A stretch of DNA of 64,000 nucleotides, from contig CM119264.1 of assembly GCA_051294375.1 (NCBI GenBank), forward strand, positions 8,129,051-8,193,050, read 5' to 3'. The stretch is from Paraspadella gotoi (lineage: Eukaryota; Animalia; Chaetognatha). The notes below the pieces were generated by a model, which saw only the letters and a list, made by a program, of their open reading frames with translations, ran no database searches and was not told the DNA's origin. Shown in pieces: positions 51,301-64,000 of the stretch. Within the stretch, counting starts at the first letter, position 1. Every line of letters begins with the position of its first letter. The position numbers and the translations under genes are program-made.

Positions 51301-54300
51301 CATTTACAAAGAAAAAGAAGCATAATCAATTAGTGAAACAGGTTTTTTGTTTTTTTCCATTTAAACTCAACATATATAATCTTAAATAGGGAGAAAGAGT
51401 TTTGAGAAATAGTTGACAGCCTTGCAAAGGAAAACCATACTAACAAATAAAAGTTTAAATTAATAAATTTTAAAATTAACCGGTTAATCTTACCAAATTA
51501 ACCGATCGGTTAAAATTATTTTTAATCGGCGGTTAACCGTTAATCGGTTAAAACGCCTAGTCGAAACATGTTTGATTTTTCCTTTAATTAAAAATCTTTG
51601 TTTTAACCACAAAAACTTTTGTCTCTCTTAAATTCACACAAACAACAAAAGAAAGGTGATGGTGTCAGCATAAACACGCCAGTGACATGGGGTGTTCACT
51701 GCAGGTCCAAAGCCCTGATGCCTCACACCCCAGGCATCACACATGTCCCCCCGTTGCCATAAACCCCTCAAAAACAAGCAATGAACGCCTATTTAGTTAA
51801 CTGAGTGTAAAACATGATGTATCATGACATAAGAAAGCGGGTTTCAATCCCCCCGTCTACCTACAGCAGCTGGTACGATGTAAGCGGCTTTCTTCCATCC
51901 AAAGTCCTTCATGATCGACACAGCGATCTTCGCTCTTAGGATCGTTTGCGCCATGAGGGAGAAACAAGACGCACAACCTTTTAACAAAAATCCATTCATC
52001 AATTTACCCTCTCCTCAATTTATAAAAGATATCTTCTTCAATTTTTTAATTTTCTACACCTCCATACTTTGTAATTGTAGTTACTTTAATTAGGAAACAT
52101 ACAAATGTGCGATGATAGATTTGAGGACGATGACCAACCAACCGACCAACCAACCAAACAACCATCTGCCTCGAAACATGTTTCATTAATGAACTTCCAA
52201 GGAGATCCATGGGTACCGACCTCAAAATAATTTTAATAGCTCAGTAACTAATTTGAATACAATTTTAATTAACGTGGCAAAACTATCCCAAGTCATGAAA
52301 TTGATTTTGACTACCCTCATCCTATTGCGTTTGCCCAATGTAGCAAGACAAATTTCAGGTCGCTTTTTTTAATTTTTCTGATTTTCGAATTTTTTGAGGT
52401 TCTGTTTTTCGTCGTATCTGCTTACAGTAGACTGCCATATCTTTTTAACCGAGTTTAGCACTATTGTGCCTCGACAACGTACTAATTTTTTTTTGCATAA
52501 TTTTCTATAATTCGATCTTCTGAGATGATATAAGTGACTTACCGACAAGATAATGGGTTGCGACCGACAGACCGACAAAGTGAATAATAGAGCCGGAATT
52601 TTCTGATAAGAATATCCGGCTAAAAACCCTCTCAGCGATCTTGCAGACACGCTCTTCACCACCCAGAGCTCCCACGCGGTTTTGTCTTACCACATGCTTT
52701 CTACCCTTTCTTCATAAATCTTTAAAGGTAATAGAGCCAACGTGCTCCACACATCCAGTTAAATATTCATGTTGTAGCTATGTATCTAGCCACAAACTAC
52801 TACCCGTGGATCTCCTCGTACAATTCGTCGAAGGTAAATATCAAAGTTCGGTATTAAGAAAAATTTAATATTTAACTTTTTAATAAACGCACTCATTCAT
52901 ACCACATAAATAATTAACCAATTTTGAAAGACGCTCTTAACCTCTCGCCCCATGAGCTTGACAGTTGACTCTCTTCCCGCTCACCGTAAGGCTCAGTCTT
53001 CTTCGGAAAGCCCAACCTTCGGTAAAAGTAGTCACTCGTCGAAAGTTCTAAGGCTTTGATCCGATCGAGATAGTCGAGGTAAAACACTTGAGCGCTGATT
53101 AGACGAAAACGTTGGCGCCAAATTTCAAAATTTCATTTTCACATTAAAAAAAAAATCTTATTGCAAGCATGTAAGCATGTATCAATTGTATCATTGCATG
53201 GTCATGTCTGACCGTGACGTTTTAAACCCGCAACTGAAGAAGTGTGGCGTGAGGTCAGATAATTGAACCACCAAACAGTGGCACTATATTCCGAAGCAGT
53301 AACTAAACTTAATTATTTTAAAAATACTTAATCCAATCGTTAAACCTTACCTAATAAGGCGGAACAGAAATTGACGCTAATAGAATGATAGCCAGTTCTA
53401 TTCAAATAATTTTGGTTGCAAATAGTTTAATGCTTCGATAGGAAGCAATAAATTTTTATAAAATTCAACATCTGTGACGCAAAGCACTACATTTTTATTA
53501 ATCATTTTTACTTCCGTAAATTTCTCTGATTCTCGTCTCCTCCCGCCCCGTGATTGGCCAGATAGGTCACGTACTTTGCGCTTCCTATAGAAATTAAGCA
53601 CATAGCGGAAAGGTGGTTCTCACAAAATTTAGAATTAATTCAAGTTTTTTATTAATATTTTTTTTATCTCATAAAAACTTGAACAATAACTTAGATAGCA
53701 AAATAATGAGTTAAGTCGACGAAGACAGGGACGTGAAGGACGCAGTGAACAGTAAGAATAGCTACATAAACATGATACCGAAGGCTAACACTGGGCTGAA
53801 TAATATGATCTACAAGGCAAGAAACCATGGAAGAATGAGGAAATTAACGAGGAAGAAAAACTAGATAAGAAGAAAAATTACAAACAAAATGGAATTTTCG
53901 TCACAAAACAAAAAATTAAACGTTTAAACGTTTCCAAGCAAGCCCCGCGAATCTGACTCTTGTGGTTCAGCCAGGTTGGGAAAGATGATTCCCTCGATTC
54001 CATTGCGTGGCGCGCAAAATAATTGTTTCTTTGCATTATGGCCAGCAATTTTAAACCACAAACATCCGTCAAATCCGAATCATTCGCTCGACCAGATTGG
54101 GTGTGAGACGGAAAATGCGGAATATTTCAATTTGTTCAGAATCAATCCTGCAGATCGGAGATTGTGAGGTCGCAGGTGAGGACTGGTTCGTAAATTGGTT
54201 ATCGAATCCCAATCAATTAGTTCGGCAATAGTTTCCGCCTTGAGGTGAGAGGGGGAGGAACAAACTTTCTGACCCGATTTATCCCCGGAATCATTCCCTT

Positions 54301-57300
54301 GACGGGAGAGCAATGATTTTTGCCGACGGCAAATGCGCGAAAGATCGGATTGTCGTCGCAGAGCAAACTGACGAGCAGGTTTCCGGGTGAGCTTCCAAGA
54401 CTTAATACTAGCGGGGAAACGATAGATCTCTGGTTGACTGAGGAAGTAGACGAAGACGTTGTATTTGGAATAGGGTGTGATTTGCCAGGCATCGGCAATA
54501 TGCGGGCGAGATTTAATTGAGAACAGCAAAGAAAGCAGCATAATTTGTAAGTGAATAAAAAACTAATTTGGTAGAGAATTGGCTTGGTAATCTTTCCCTT
54601 AAAAGGGTGTTTCGAGAGATAAAGCCCGGCCCAAACGGCAACCAAAGTCCAACCAGCGTGAATGGCGAGATCGGGGCCGCCAGGCTTCAGATTTTTTAAT
54701 TTGAGGTTCAATTGTTCCGCTTTGAATAGATTATAGCGACGAGGTAGAGATATTTTTGGTCGGAAGATAAAATCCGAAAGTCATCTCTTCTTTCACAGAA
54801 AAATTTCACGGACCATTAGAAATTGAAACGAATTTTCATTCCAATCACAGAGTTTCTACGGTAGGCAAAGCTTTTCCAAATTGGTGCCTTTGAAAGAATT
54901 ATTGCCTGTAGTTGGGCCATCAATAGCTTGAAAAAGGTGGCGCAGACGCAAGTTCAATTGGTGTGTAAGCTGCAGATGGCCCAATGAAACTTTTTCCTGG
55001 CGATGGTCCTGCATCTTTTCACAATCCCGCCAATTGGACCGGTATGACGGCGGTTAGAATCAACGCCGACGACTTTTAAATCCTTTGTGAGGTTATACTC
55101 ATCAAGGAATCGCAGGATTGCGTCGGATGTTTGGTCCAGCAGCTTTTCCCGTAGGCGTTACATGAGTGAGAAACTTCCCATCTGGCTGAGACACCAAAAC
55201 GATATGGCTCCTTTTTTTCTTTTTTCTGACCGACGCACACCGTTTTCTTCTACCACCTCCAATGTCTCAATTTCCTTCCGTCGAATAAACGCCCTCCACC
55301 AAGTCATTCTTTAATCTTTGTTCCTTTCACGCCTGCAGTTTTTGGAACTTTTTTCCTTTTCACGACGAAATACGCTCACAGATCGATGACACATGAAGAG
55401 GTCGTCGGAAGTGACGATGGCAAAGTCGATGAGGAACGGCGGTGGCGATCGCTGCGGTTAAACCGATCCGACGCTCCCCATCAGCATCGCTCACGCGCCG
55501 TCGTCGGTAAGAGGAGGGATTCGATACGAGTCCTCTGGAAAAGGGTTTATTATTAATGATAATGCTTGATGTTATGCTTAATGTTGTCAGTTATAAAAGT
55601 TAGATACTATTTTAATCTAAAAAACACGAATAAGTATTACAATCACTAAAAAGTTACATATTGCATGCAAGGTCATTCTATAAACTAGCAAAGACTATTA
55701 TTTAAAACTAGCTTCACACGTTGAAAATGGATTATTGAAATAATACCTTTGTTTAAAAGGTTTAACCGGATCCAGCTGTTAAAAATGCTTAAAAGTTGAA
55801 GTAAACAGAGTATTACATTTTTCATTTTTAATAAGATTTTTACCTTGAGATTAAATTCTATATTCACTTCGCCGCGTTGAAGGTTCATCTTCAATCAAGA
55901 TTTCGCTGAGTTGCTCTTGACGCCAGATTTTGTGCCTCACTCCTTGTCCTCAATAACTTTGGCGGAATGGTTTTCTTTTAAAAACCTGCTTCACGAGGCC
56001 CTACAAAATAAAGGGCAAATGGCGGATAAAAAATAATCATACTTAGTAAATAATAAAATAAAAAAGTTCTAAGTTTTTAATGAGTTAAAAGGCAGAAGAA
56101 GTTTTTTTAAATGTTTACAAATAATAATTATTAATCTTCAAATACAGACATGTTTCGGCTTTAGTACAAAAGTAATAAAGGCTGAAATATATCGCGTGTT
56201 TGAAATTAAAAATATCGTTCATTTATAAACATTATTTAAAGGAACCCAGACTATCAATATCAAACGCGAATGAAAAAAGAAAGAAAAATATACAATGTCT
56301 AAAATTTTTATTGAATTATAATCTGAGAGATTAAGGTAAAGTAAACGTTAACAATGTAAAAAGGCAGAGAGAATGACTAGAAATTTAAAAAAAAAATACT
56401 TATTTAAGAAGTTACCTTTCGCGCCTCGATTTTTTTTCAGTTATTTTGCTCGTTGGAATGTCAATGTCGACCAATTTGCAGACGGGGGAGATGAAGAATG
56501 GCGATGACGTTGCGCAAAAATAAATTCGCGCTCAGGGCAAGGTGGAATGCTTATCGTGAAGGCGGCGCAGTTGCAGTCCCAGCGTGAACGTTGTCATTCC
56601 CCATCTCTTTCCATCGGACCATTGCAAATTTAAAACCTCGAAACATTGATGCGAGTTTTGAGACAAAATATTTTTTGTTTGGAACCAGAGAACTACATTC
56701 GTTGGTAGTATCTCATGCTTCTCGCGAGCTCGCTATTAGCTTTTGTATCGGGCGATTGAGAAAGTGTTGAAGAGAGCAAAGCGATGTACTTGCTCGACGT
56801 AACATGGACGATCTCTTTCGCGGACGTCTTCAAAAAGGCAAAAATCGACAGATACGACCCTTTCAGCGACCGGCGTGCGCGTTGTAACCATTGATGCTTT
56901 GGGTAAAATATGTAGATTAAACATTGGAAATAAAAAAATATTTTTAACCTGGAGTAATGATACATAATGCCAAAACGTCGCGTAAAGTTGGCAATCGAAA
57001 GCGGCAAAGTCTTCGATGGCGCAATAAGTCGAACTTGAGCCGCTTCGTGAATTTGGAACGTTTTTTACTGTTTTTAATTTTGGGCATTATTCTTAAGTCA
57101 ATATCGAAAAGATATTTGAATAATTAAAATATTTTAGGCCAAAAAAGCTGTTTTTCGACATAAAAATATAGTTTCTTCAGAGAATAAGCGGTCTAACCTG
57201 ATTGGATCTCATCGCTCCGAATTCCGCTTCGAGGACCAAAATCACATCAAAAGCTTTTTTTTATTTTTTGGCGGCAAATTTAATAGAAATTAACAATTTG

Positions 57301-58974
57301 GACGGAAAGCTTTATTGTAACCCTGTCATAAAATCGCTTTCCGTGCGTCAAATGTTCAATATTTTTTAATTTATTTTTATTGTTTTATGAACATTTTTTT
57401 CGACAGTTAAATCAATATATTTTATTGATAGACCTTTTAGTTTTGACTTTGTTGCCGCCTTATTACCTAATCCCTAATTTCAATTCTTAACACTTAACCC
57501 TAATCCATTACCTTAATCCCTAACCTTATTTTCTAATCTTAAAACTTAATCCCTTACCTCAATTCTTAAATATCCTTTTGTAACGGTATATCCACACCTC
57601 CTCACGTTCATCATCGTTCAGCCAATTTTCCATTGGCTCTCAGGGGGTACGCACCATCCATCCACAGTCCTAACGACTTCCCTGTGTTGGCAAAGCGAGA
57701 CCATCCTCGGGTAACCGCGCCAGTGACAGGAAGTGTCACTGAGGGTCAACGATGATAACGTGAGGCGGTGTGAATACACCGCCACAATATAATGATTAAA
57801 CCTATTATAAAATGGTAGTAAATGTGGATAATTCGCTACATTGTTAAATGTTTACTGGCACAGTATTAATGTTTATTTCATTGCTAATGTTATTGATTAT
57901 TATTATTACTGTTATCGCTTTGCTTGTTTAGGCATATAGGTATTCTGTTTATTTTAGTTTTACTACGTCAAGTTGAGTTGGGTGAGGGGCGCATCTCGAT
58001 TTGAGCGCCTTTCTCCTTTTTTTCAAAATTTAGAGAACGAATCGTTTCTTCCCTTGAGCTTTTCTCTTCATGTTTGAAGCATTTAACCAAAAAATTAGCT
58101 TTGAAATATATTCAATTCTACTTCTAAGTATGCATTGTGTTTCGAAATTTGACGCCATACTTTTCAATTGTGGACAAATAAACTAATCCGATAATTCGAT
58201 GTTCGCAGTTCCTTATTTGAAATTTAAATATAAAATTATCGTAAATTGTTATGACGCGGCCGAGAGAAAAGGAAGATATCTACTTATCATAAATTTCGAT
58301 ATACTTCTGTGATTGCATAGCTTAGAGAGCGAGACTTTGGATAACATATCGTCGAACATTATCTGTTACTCACTCTCGGAATTCTCTCCGTTCTCACTTG
58401 CAGCTGCAATTCTTCGCGTTGGGCCCTAAGGTGACCCCGGTGACGCATTCCACCTTCTTGATGGTTTCGTCGATGCCATTCCTGGGTCCACCGTCATCAT
58501 GCGGACGCTTGGAATTTACGAAGACGAGGCACATCTTCTTTTTCCTCCCGTTTTGGTCGCGTCCGGCCGCCGAAAGAGTTTTCAAGACATGGGCGTAGCC
58601 TGCTTTGACGTCGGGCCGGACGTTGACGAGCGAATCGCTATTGCCGGGTTCGGTCGGGGCGATGAGAATAAAGTAGGCGCGGAATTCACCGTCGGGAGGA
58701 TTCCTCGTCGGACACTCTTGCTCCTGGAGGTTGGAAGGGCAGTTGAATAGTTGGACGGGCTCTTCCTTTTTCTCTTAAACCGTCTCGCGTTTCGGTCTCT
58801 TTCATTCATTCAATCATACATTCATTCATACATTCATTCATTCGTACTTTCTTTCTATTTCTTTTTCTCTCTCTTTTCACTCACCACGCCGATGGTTTCC
58901 TCTGCCGAGCATCGAGTCGCACGAAATAGGAGCCAATAGAATGACAAGAGTAACAGCGACAAAAGCGACTCCAT
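31229..58974 (-). CDS. Receptor (membrane) guanylyl cyclase-family protein, divergent
   Basis: Signal-peptide exon 58885-58974; ANF-receptor-type ectodomain exons (58398-58723, 52985-53094, ~51860-51977, ~50350-50712); PPDEPACG plus TM (~48820-49110); kinase-homology exons (SEYCGRGSL, HGKLRSTNCL, WIAPEL, GDIYSLGII, CWKEDPEERP); coiled coil; cyclase exons 35964-36194, 32032-32204, 31696-31824, 31229-31376 (FGDIVNVASRM, RGQIYLKGKG). Confidence 0.93.
32405..32636. repeat. ~19-bp minisatellite
   Basis: About 12 degenerate units of TGGTCAACTGGCATAATTT. Confidence 0.9.
33059..35178 (-). mobile_element. Composite HINE-like family A region with nested insertions
   Basis: 3' end motif at 33059-33098 and 5' end at 35000-35178. 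Further partial copies at 20165-20296, 51098-51370 and 52488-52626. Confidence 0.6.
33541..34318. mobile_element. Circularly permuted relative of the TAAGGCGG hAT MITE
   Basis: The 3' part of the MITE (33541-33692, ending CCGCCTGA) precedes an 8-bp spacer CTAGATAT and then the 5' part (TAGGCCGGAAC..., 33701-34318). Homology to 4006-4612 judged by eye. Confidence 0.65.
38104..40779. mobile_element. Third, older TAGAGT...CACCCTA MITE containing nested insertions
   Basis: TAGAGTGGAGC at 38104 and GCTCCACCCTA ending 40779; degenerate TSD ATGTACAG/TTTTACAG; contains a PLE fragment and a HINE-like copy. Confidence 0.7.
38340..38898 (-). mobile_element. Degenerate Penelope-like pLTR fragment
   Basis: Shares blocks with the 11272 and 43543 elements (GGATAGTGGT, GGACAGATTAAG, GAGGGATAG, AGAGCTCAAA, TGGCCTGATACGCC); hammerhead core deleted. 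Confidence 0.7.
41335..42056 (-). mobile_element. HINE-like family A copy
   Basis: Reverse complement of 48041-48779. Confidence 0.7.
42198..42318. repeat. Degenerate TTAGGG-like interstitial repeat
   Basis: TTAGGG/TTGAGA alternation; a similar CCCTAA-rich tract lies at ~57463-57562. Confidence 0.7.
42606..43464. mobile_element. Tc1/mariner-type MITE with ~300-bp terminal inverted repeats
   Basis: TA|CATGGTGACAATTTTACAA ... TTGTAAAATTGTCACCATG|TA; arms highly similar. Confidence 0.88.
43543..45071. mobile_element. Penelope-like element pLTRs in inverted (near-palindromic) arrangement
   Basis: ~650-bp inverted arms (43543-~44215 and ~44395-45071) homologous to the pLTR at 11272-12060; hammerhead motif near each outer end. 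Confidence 0.85.
44985..45026 (+). ncRNA. Minimal hammerhead ribozyme
   Basis: CUGAUGA-A-GACUC(12 nt)GAGUC-GAAAC-AU-GUC; stem I is weak. The mirror copy at ~43590-43629 (-) is degenerate (GAAA changed to AAAA). Confidence 0.75.
45808..45869 (+). ncRNA. Second copy of the candidate twister-like ribozyme
   Basis: Identical to 26896-26958 except for a 1-nt deletion in the unpaired CAAAG linker. Confidence 0.62.
45871..46126. mobile_element. Solo-LTR-like repeat (inverted copy) inserted in the twister repeat
   Basis: Reverse complement of 21385-21637; flanks ATAG/ATTG; the empty site is visible at 26956-26965. Confidence 0.7.
46631..46856 (+). mobile_element. tRNA-related short interspersed repeat
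   Basis: A-box-like TGGTGTAGCAAT and B-box-like GGTTCTAGCCC in a tRNA-like segment; inverted copies at 49834-50049 and 16353-16471 (internally deleted). Confidence 0.6.
47448..47729. mobile_element. Possible solo LTR (second family)
   Basis: GC-rich block with TGT...ACA ends and TTGA on both flanks; single copy in the window. Confidence 0.35.
48041..48779 (+). mobile_element. DINE-1/HINE-like (non-autonomous Helentron-type) element, family A
   Basis: Subterminal inverted repeats GCCGGATCTGC (48047) / GCAGATCCGGC (48749), 5' partial IR, (GTCY)n microsatellite, internal tandem duplications, T-rich ends. Confidence 0.7.
53355..57462 (-). mobile_element. Full-length decayed hAT-superfamily (hATm-like) DNA transposon in a guanylyl cyclase intron
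   Basis: Imperfect TIRs TAAGGCGGAAC / GTTGCCGCCTTA; perfect 8-bp TSD TTACCTAA (53347-53354 and 57463-57470); internal frameshifted transposase. Confidence 0.9.
53950..57050 (-). pseudogene. Frameshifted DDE transposase (hATm-like)
   Basis: Fragments across several frames: LPTxxDVL, CNC...EREFIFAQR, FDGRK, KVVGVDS..TGPIGG, WAICSLHTN-L, RHLFQAIDGPTTG, SSDQKYLYL, HSRWL, FPSHTQS..ERMIR. Many stops and frameshifts. Confidence 0.8.
57579..57786. mobile_element. Rearranged copy of the solo-LTR-like repeat
   Basis: First ~170 bp match 21385 onward; ends in an inverted copy of its own first ~38 bp. Confidence 0.65.
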
Positions 58975-60083
58975 TTTAGAATTTTATTTTATCGGTAAAA
59001 CAATCGAGTTAAACCTTTTTCTATCTTTGGGAGAAATAAACTAAACTACGTTTAACTAAACTAAACGCACGTTTAACTCTCGTTTTTTGGTCAAGACATG
59101 TTACCTTCAAGCGACTACTGAGTACTGTAAATAATTTTTAATTATTGAAGGATCGAAAAAAAAAAAATCAAAACATATATTTATATATATCTCACTACAC
59201 ATCTTTGTTTTCCTATTTAATTATAAAACAAATGAGAAGTTGTAAGGGCCTTTGCCTCTGTTCAAAGTCATGTGGAGGTGGGGGGTGGAGGGATTTATCC
59301 CTGTTGTATTGTCTGACTCTCACCTGTTCTCTCTCTCTCTCTCTCTCTCTCTCTTCCTTAGCTCTCTTCTTTTACTCATTTCACTCTTACCCTGAACGAT
59401 GATCTGTCAAATAAGATCGAAATATTGGTTTTCTTTAAAAGAAAAAAAAAATACTGCACTTGATCCCAAATTCGACGTTTTCTTAATCATAAATTAAACA
59501 GTGCATGTGATGACTCTACAAACTTATCATATGAAGACTTTCTAACTTTTTATTTTGAAAATTAAAGAAGTTTATGCAGAATAACGAAGTTTTTTTTAAT
59601 TGAGGTCATGTTATAGCATAACTGTAACAACAACTATCAATGCACGCTTGCAAAAGAATACGACGAATTTATGAGATCGCCACAAAACGATTTAATATGT
59701 AGTTTTTTTTTTCGAAAATAAACACGACGAAAGTCAAACTCTTTTCTTTAACTATGAGTGAAAAAACCTTTCCAGATATATTACCATTTGTATTGCCTCT
59801 ATTTTTTAAAATATTTTATCAGGGAAAGAGTTTTGACTTTGGAAAATATTCATGTCTTGTTTAAACCAAGTGGGTATAACGCAATGAGGACAATGACCGT
59901 ACAAGGGGAAAGAAAATAATTTTTCAGAGTAAAGAAAGAGGCGAAAAATTAGAACCAACCTAACAAGTAATAAAAATAAAATAGATTGCACCGAAGCGTC
60001 ACCAGAGAAGTAAATCGTTGGCCATTCCTTTTTTTCACTCTGAAAATGTTGGAAGTTATCGATATTTTCTATAATTTTTTACA

Positions 60084-62927
<2,844 letters not shown>

Positions 62928-63906
62928 CTGAAATTCAAAAAAAAAAGTTAATTTACGTCGAAAGAGAAAAACAAAACAACAAGAAACGAAAAATCAAATC
63001 CTTTCACTCAACTTTTACCCTTACATCCAAAACAAAATTATATTTAAATTATTACAATAACTTTACATAATCTTTAAGGTGTTGGTATTTCGTACTTTTA
63101 CTTTTAAAAGGATTTTTATGATTACTGACATCCAATGACTGATCTCTGAAAGTTAGATTGGTGAAAGACTAATCAACCGTCAGTTCGTGACGACGACGCA
63201 AAACTGAGATTTTTCGAGCGGAAATGCGATTTCCAGCGTCGCGTCTCGCGTCACTCACGCCGTTATCGTCGCCACGCCTACTTTCCATTCCGGTCAAACC
63301 GGAAATAATGGACGGGTACAGAATCAAAGGCGGTTAATGCTAGGATCGTGCGACAGTTCGTCGCTTATGTGTCATGTGCTATTAATACTGATTTAATATT
63401 TATTTATGGTTTATGATTTATGCGCGATTGTAAAGCGAGAGTTCGATGGTCATCAACCCTATTGCGAGTCAATTTTAAATTTAAATTTGAATACATTCAA
63501 GTTAAAAAGTTAAGTTAAAAAAGTTTAAAATAATTATGAAAGAGAAAGAGAGAGAGAGTCTGGATATGAACGATTCTCGTTAGGAGGCGCCAGGATTCGC
63601 GACGGGGGAATTTCTACTTTTTTTATGATTAAAATTGTTTTGGTTTTGGTTTCCGCCGCAAGATTCTCTCTGGTCTCTTTTTTTTTCACTCCTCTCCTAT
63701 TCTTCTTTTTTTTCTTAATTAAAACAAAGCCAAAATAACAAAAAATCGGTTATTAACAGGGATAAAGTTTAATATAATTTTCTAAAAGTTAGTTCAACTC
63801 GATTTTTTCCTTCATTCTCTTGTCTCCTTTTTTTGACTCTCTCTGGTTCCTTGTTTGCGTTTTGTTTGTTTTGCTTTCTTCATCGTCTCCCCCAATCTAA
63901 AGCTTT

Positions 63907-63985
<79 letters not shown>

Positions 63986-64000
63986 GGTCCTTGTGGTCGG

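Noticed and set aside
51685-51715. ACTGCAGGTCCAAAGCCCTG resembling a twister P4/L4
   Set aside because: No properly placed GA-TGG pseudoknot partner or P2 strand nearby.
51098-52626. Single HINE-like element that captured a cyclase exon
   Set aside because: The exon is in its normal collinear position; two independent truncated copies is the simpler explanation.
56147-56162. GACATGTTTCGGC hammerhead half-site (similar ones at ~51561 and ~52171)
   Set aside because: The CUGANGA half is absent; decayed PLE fragments at most.

Overview
AT-rich, intron-rich eukaryotic (metazoan-like) genomic DNA, not prokaryotic; all gene models were assembled by hand from splice sites and phases. Genes: the 3' part of an unknown multi-exon gene (<1-2128, +); phosphoglucomutase (3789-6937, +); and a neuropathy-target-esterase/swiss-cheese (PNPLA6/7) gene (7381-29882, +) with a very long acidic/Ser-rich C-terminal extension. 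Two complete antisense genes lie inside NTE introns: a CALHM channel (9279-13596) and a Rab3-like GTPase (21891-23156). The right half holds a divergent receptor guanylyl cyclase (31229-58974, -) with altered nucleotide-specificity residues, and the 3' part of an unknown low-complexity gene (60084-62927, -). Introns are packed with mobile DNA: a full-length decayed hAT (hATm-like) transposon with 8-bp TSD and related MITEs (one circularly permuted), Penelope-like elements with inverted pLTRs carrying minimal hammerhead ribozymes, DINE-1/HINE-like elements, Tc1-like MITEs and LTR relics. The most notable candidate novelty is a ~300-bp dispersed and tandem non-coding repeat carrying a type-P5 twister-like ribozyme whose P1 is a 6-nt palindrome, suggesting a retrozyme-like element that may cleave as a dimer.
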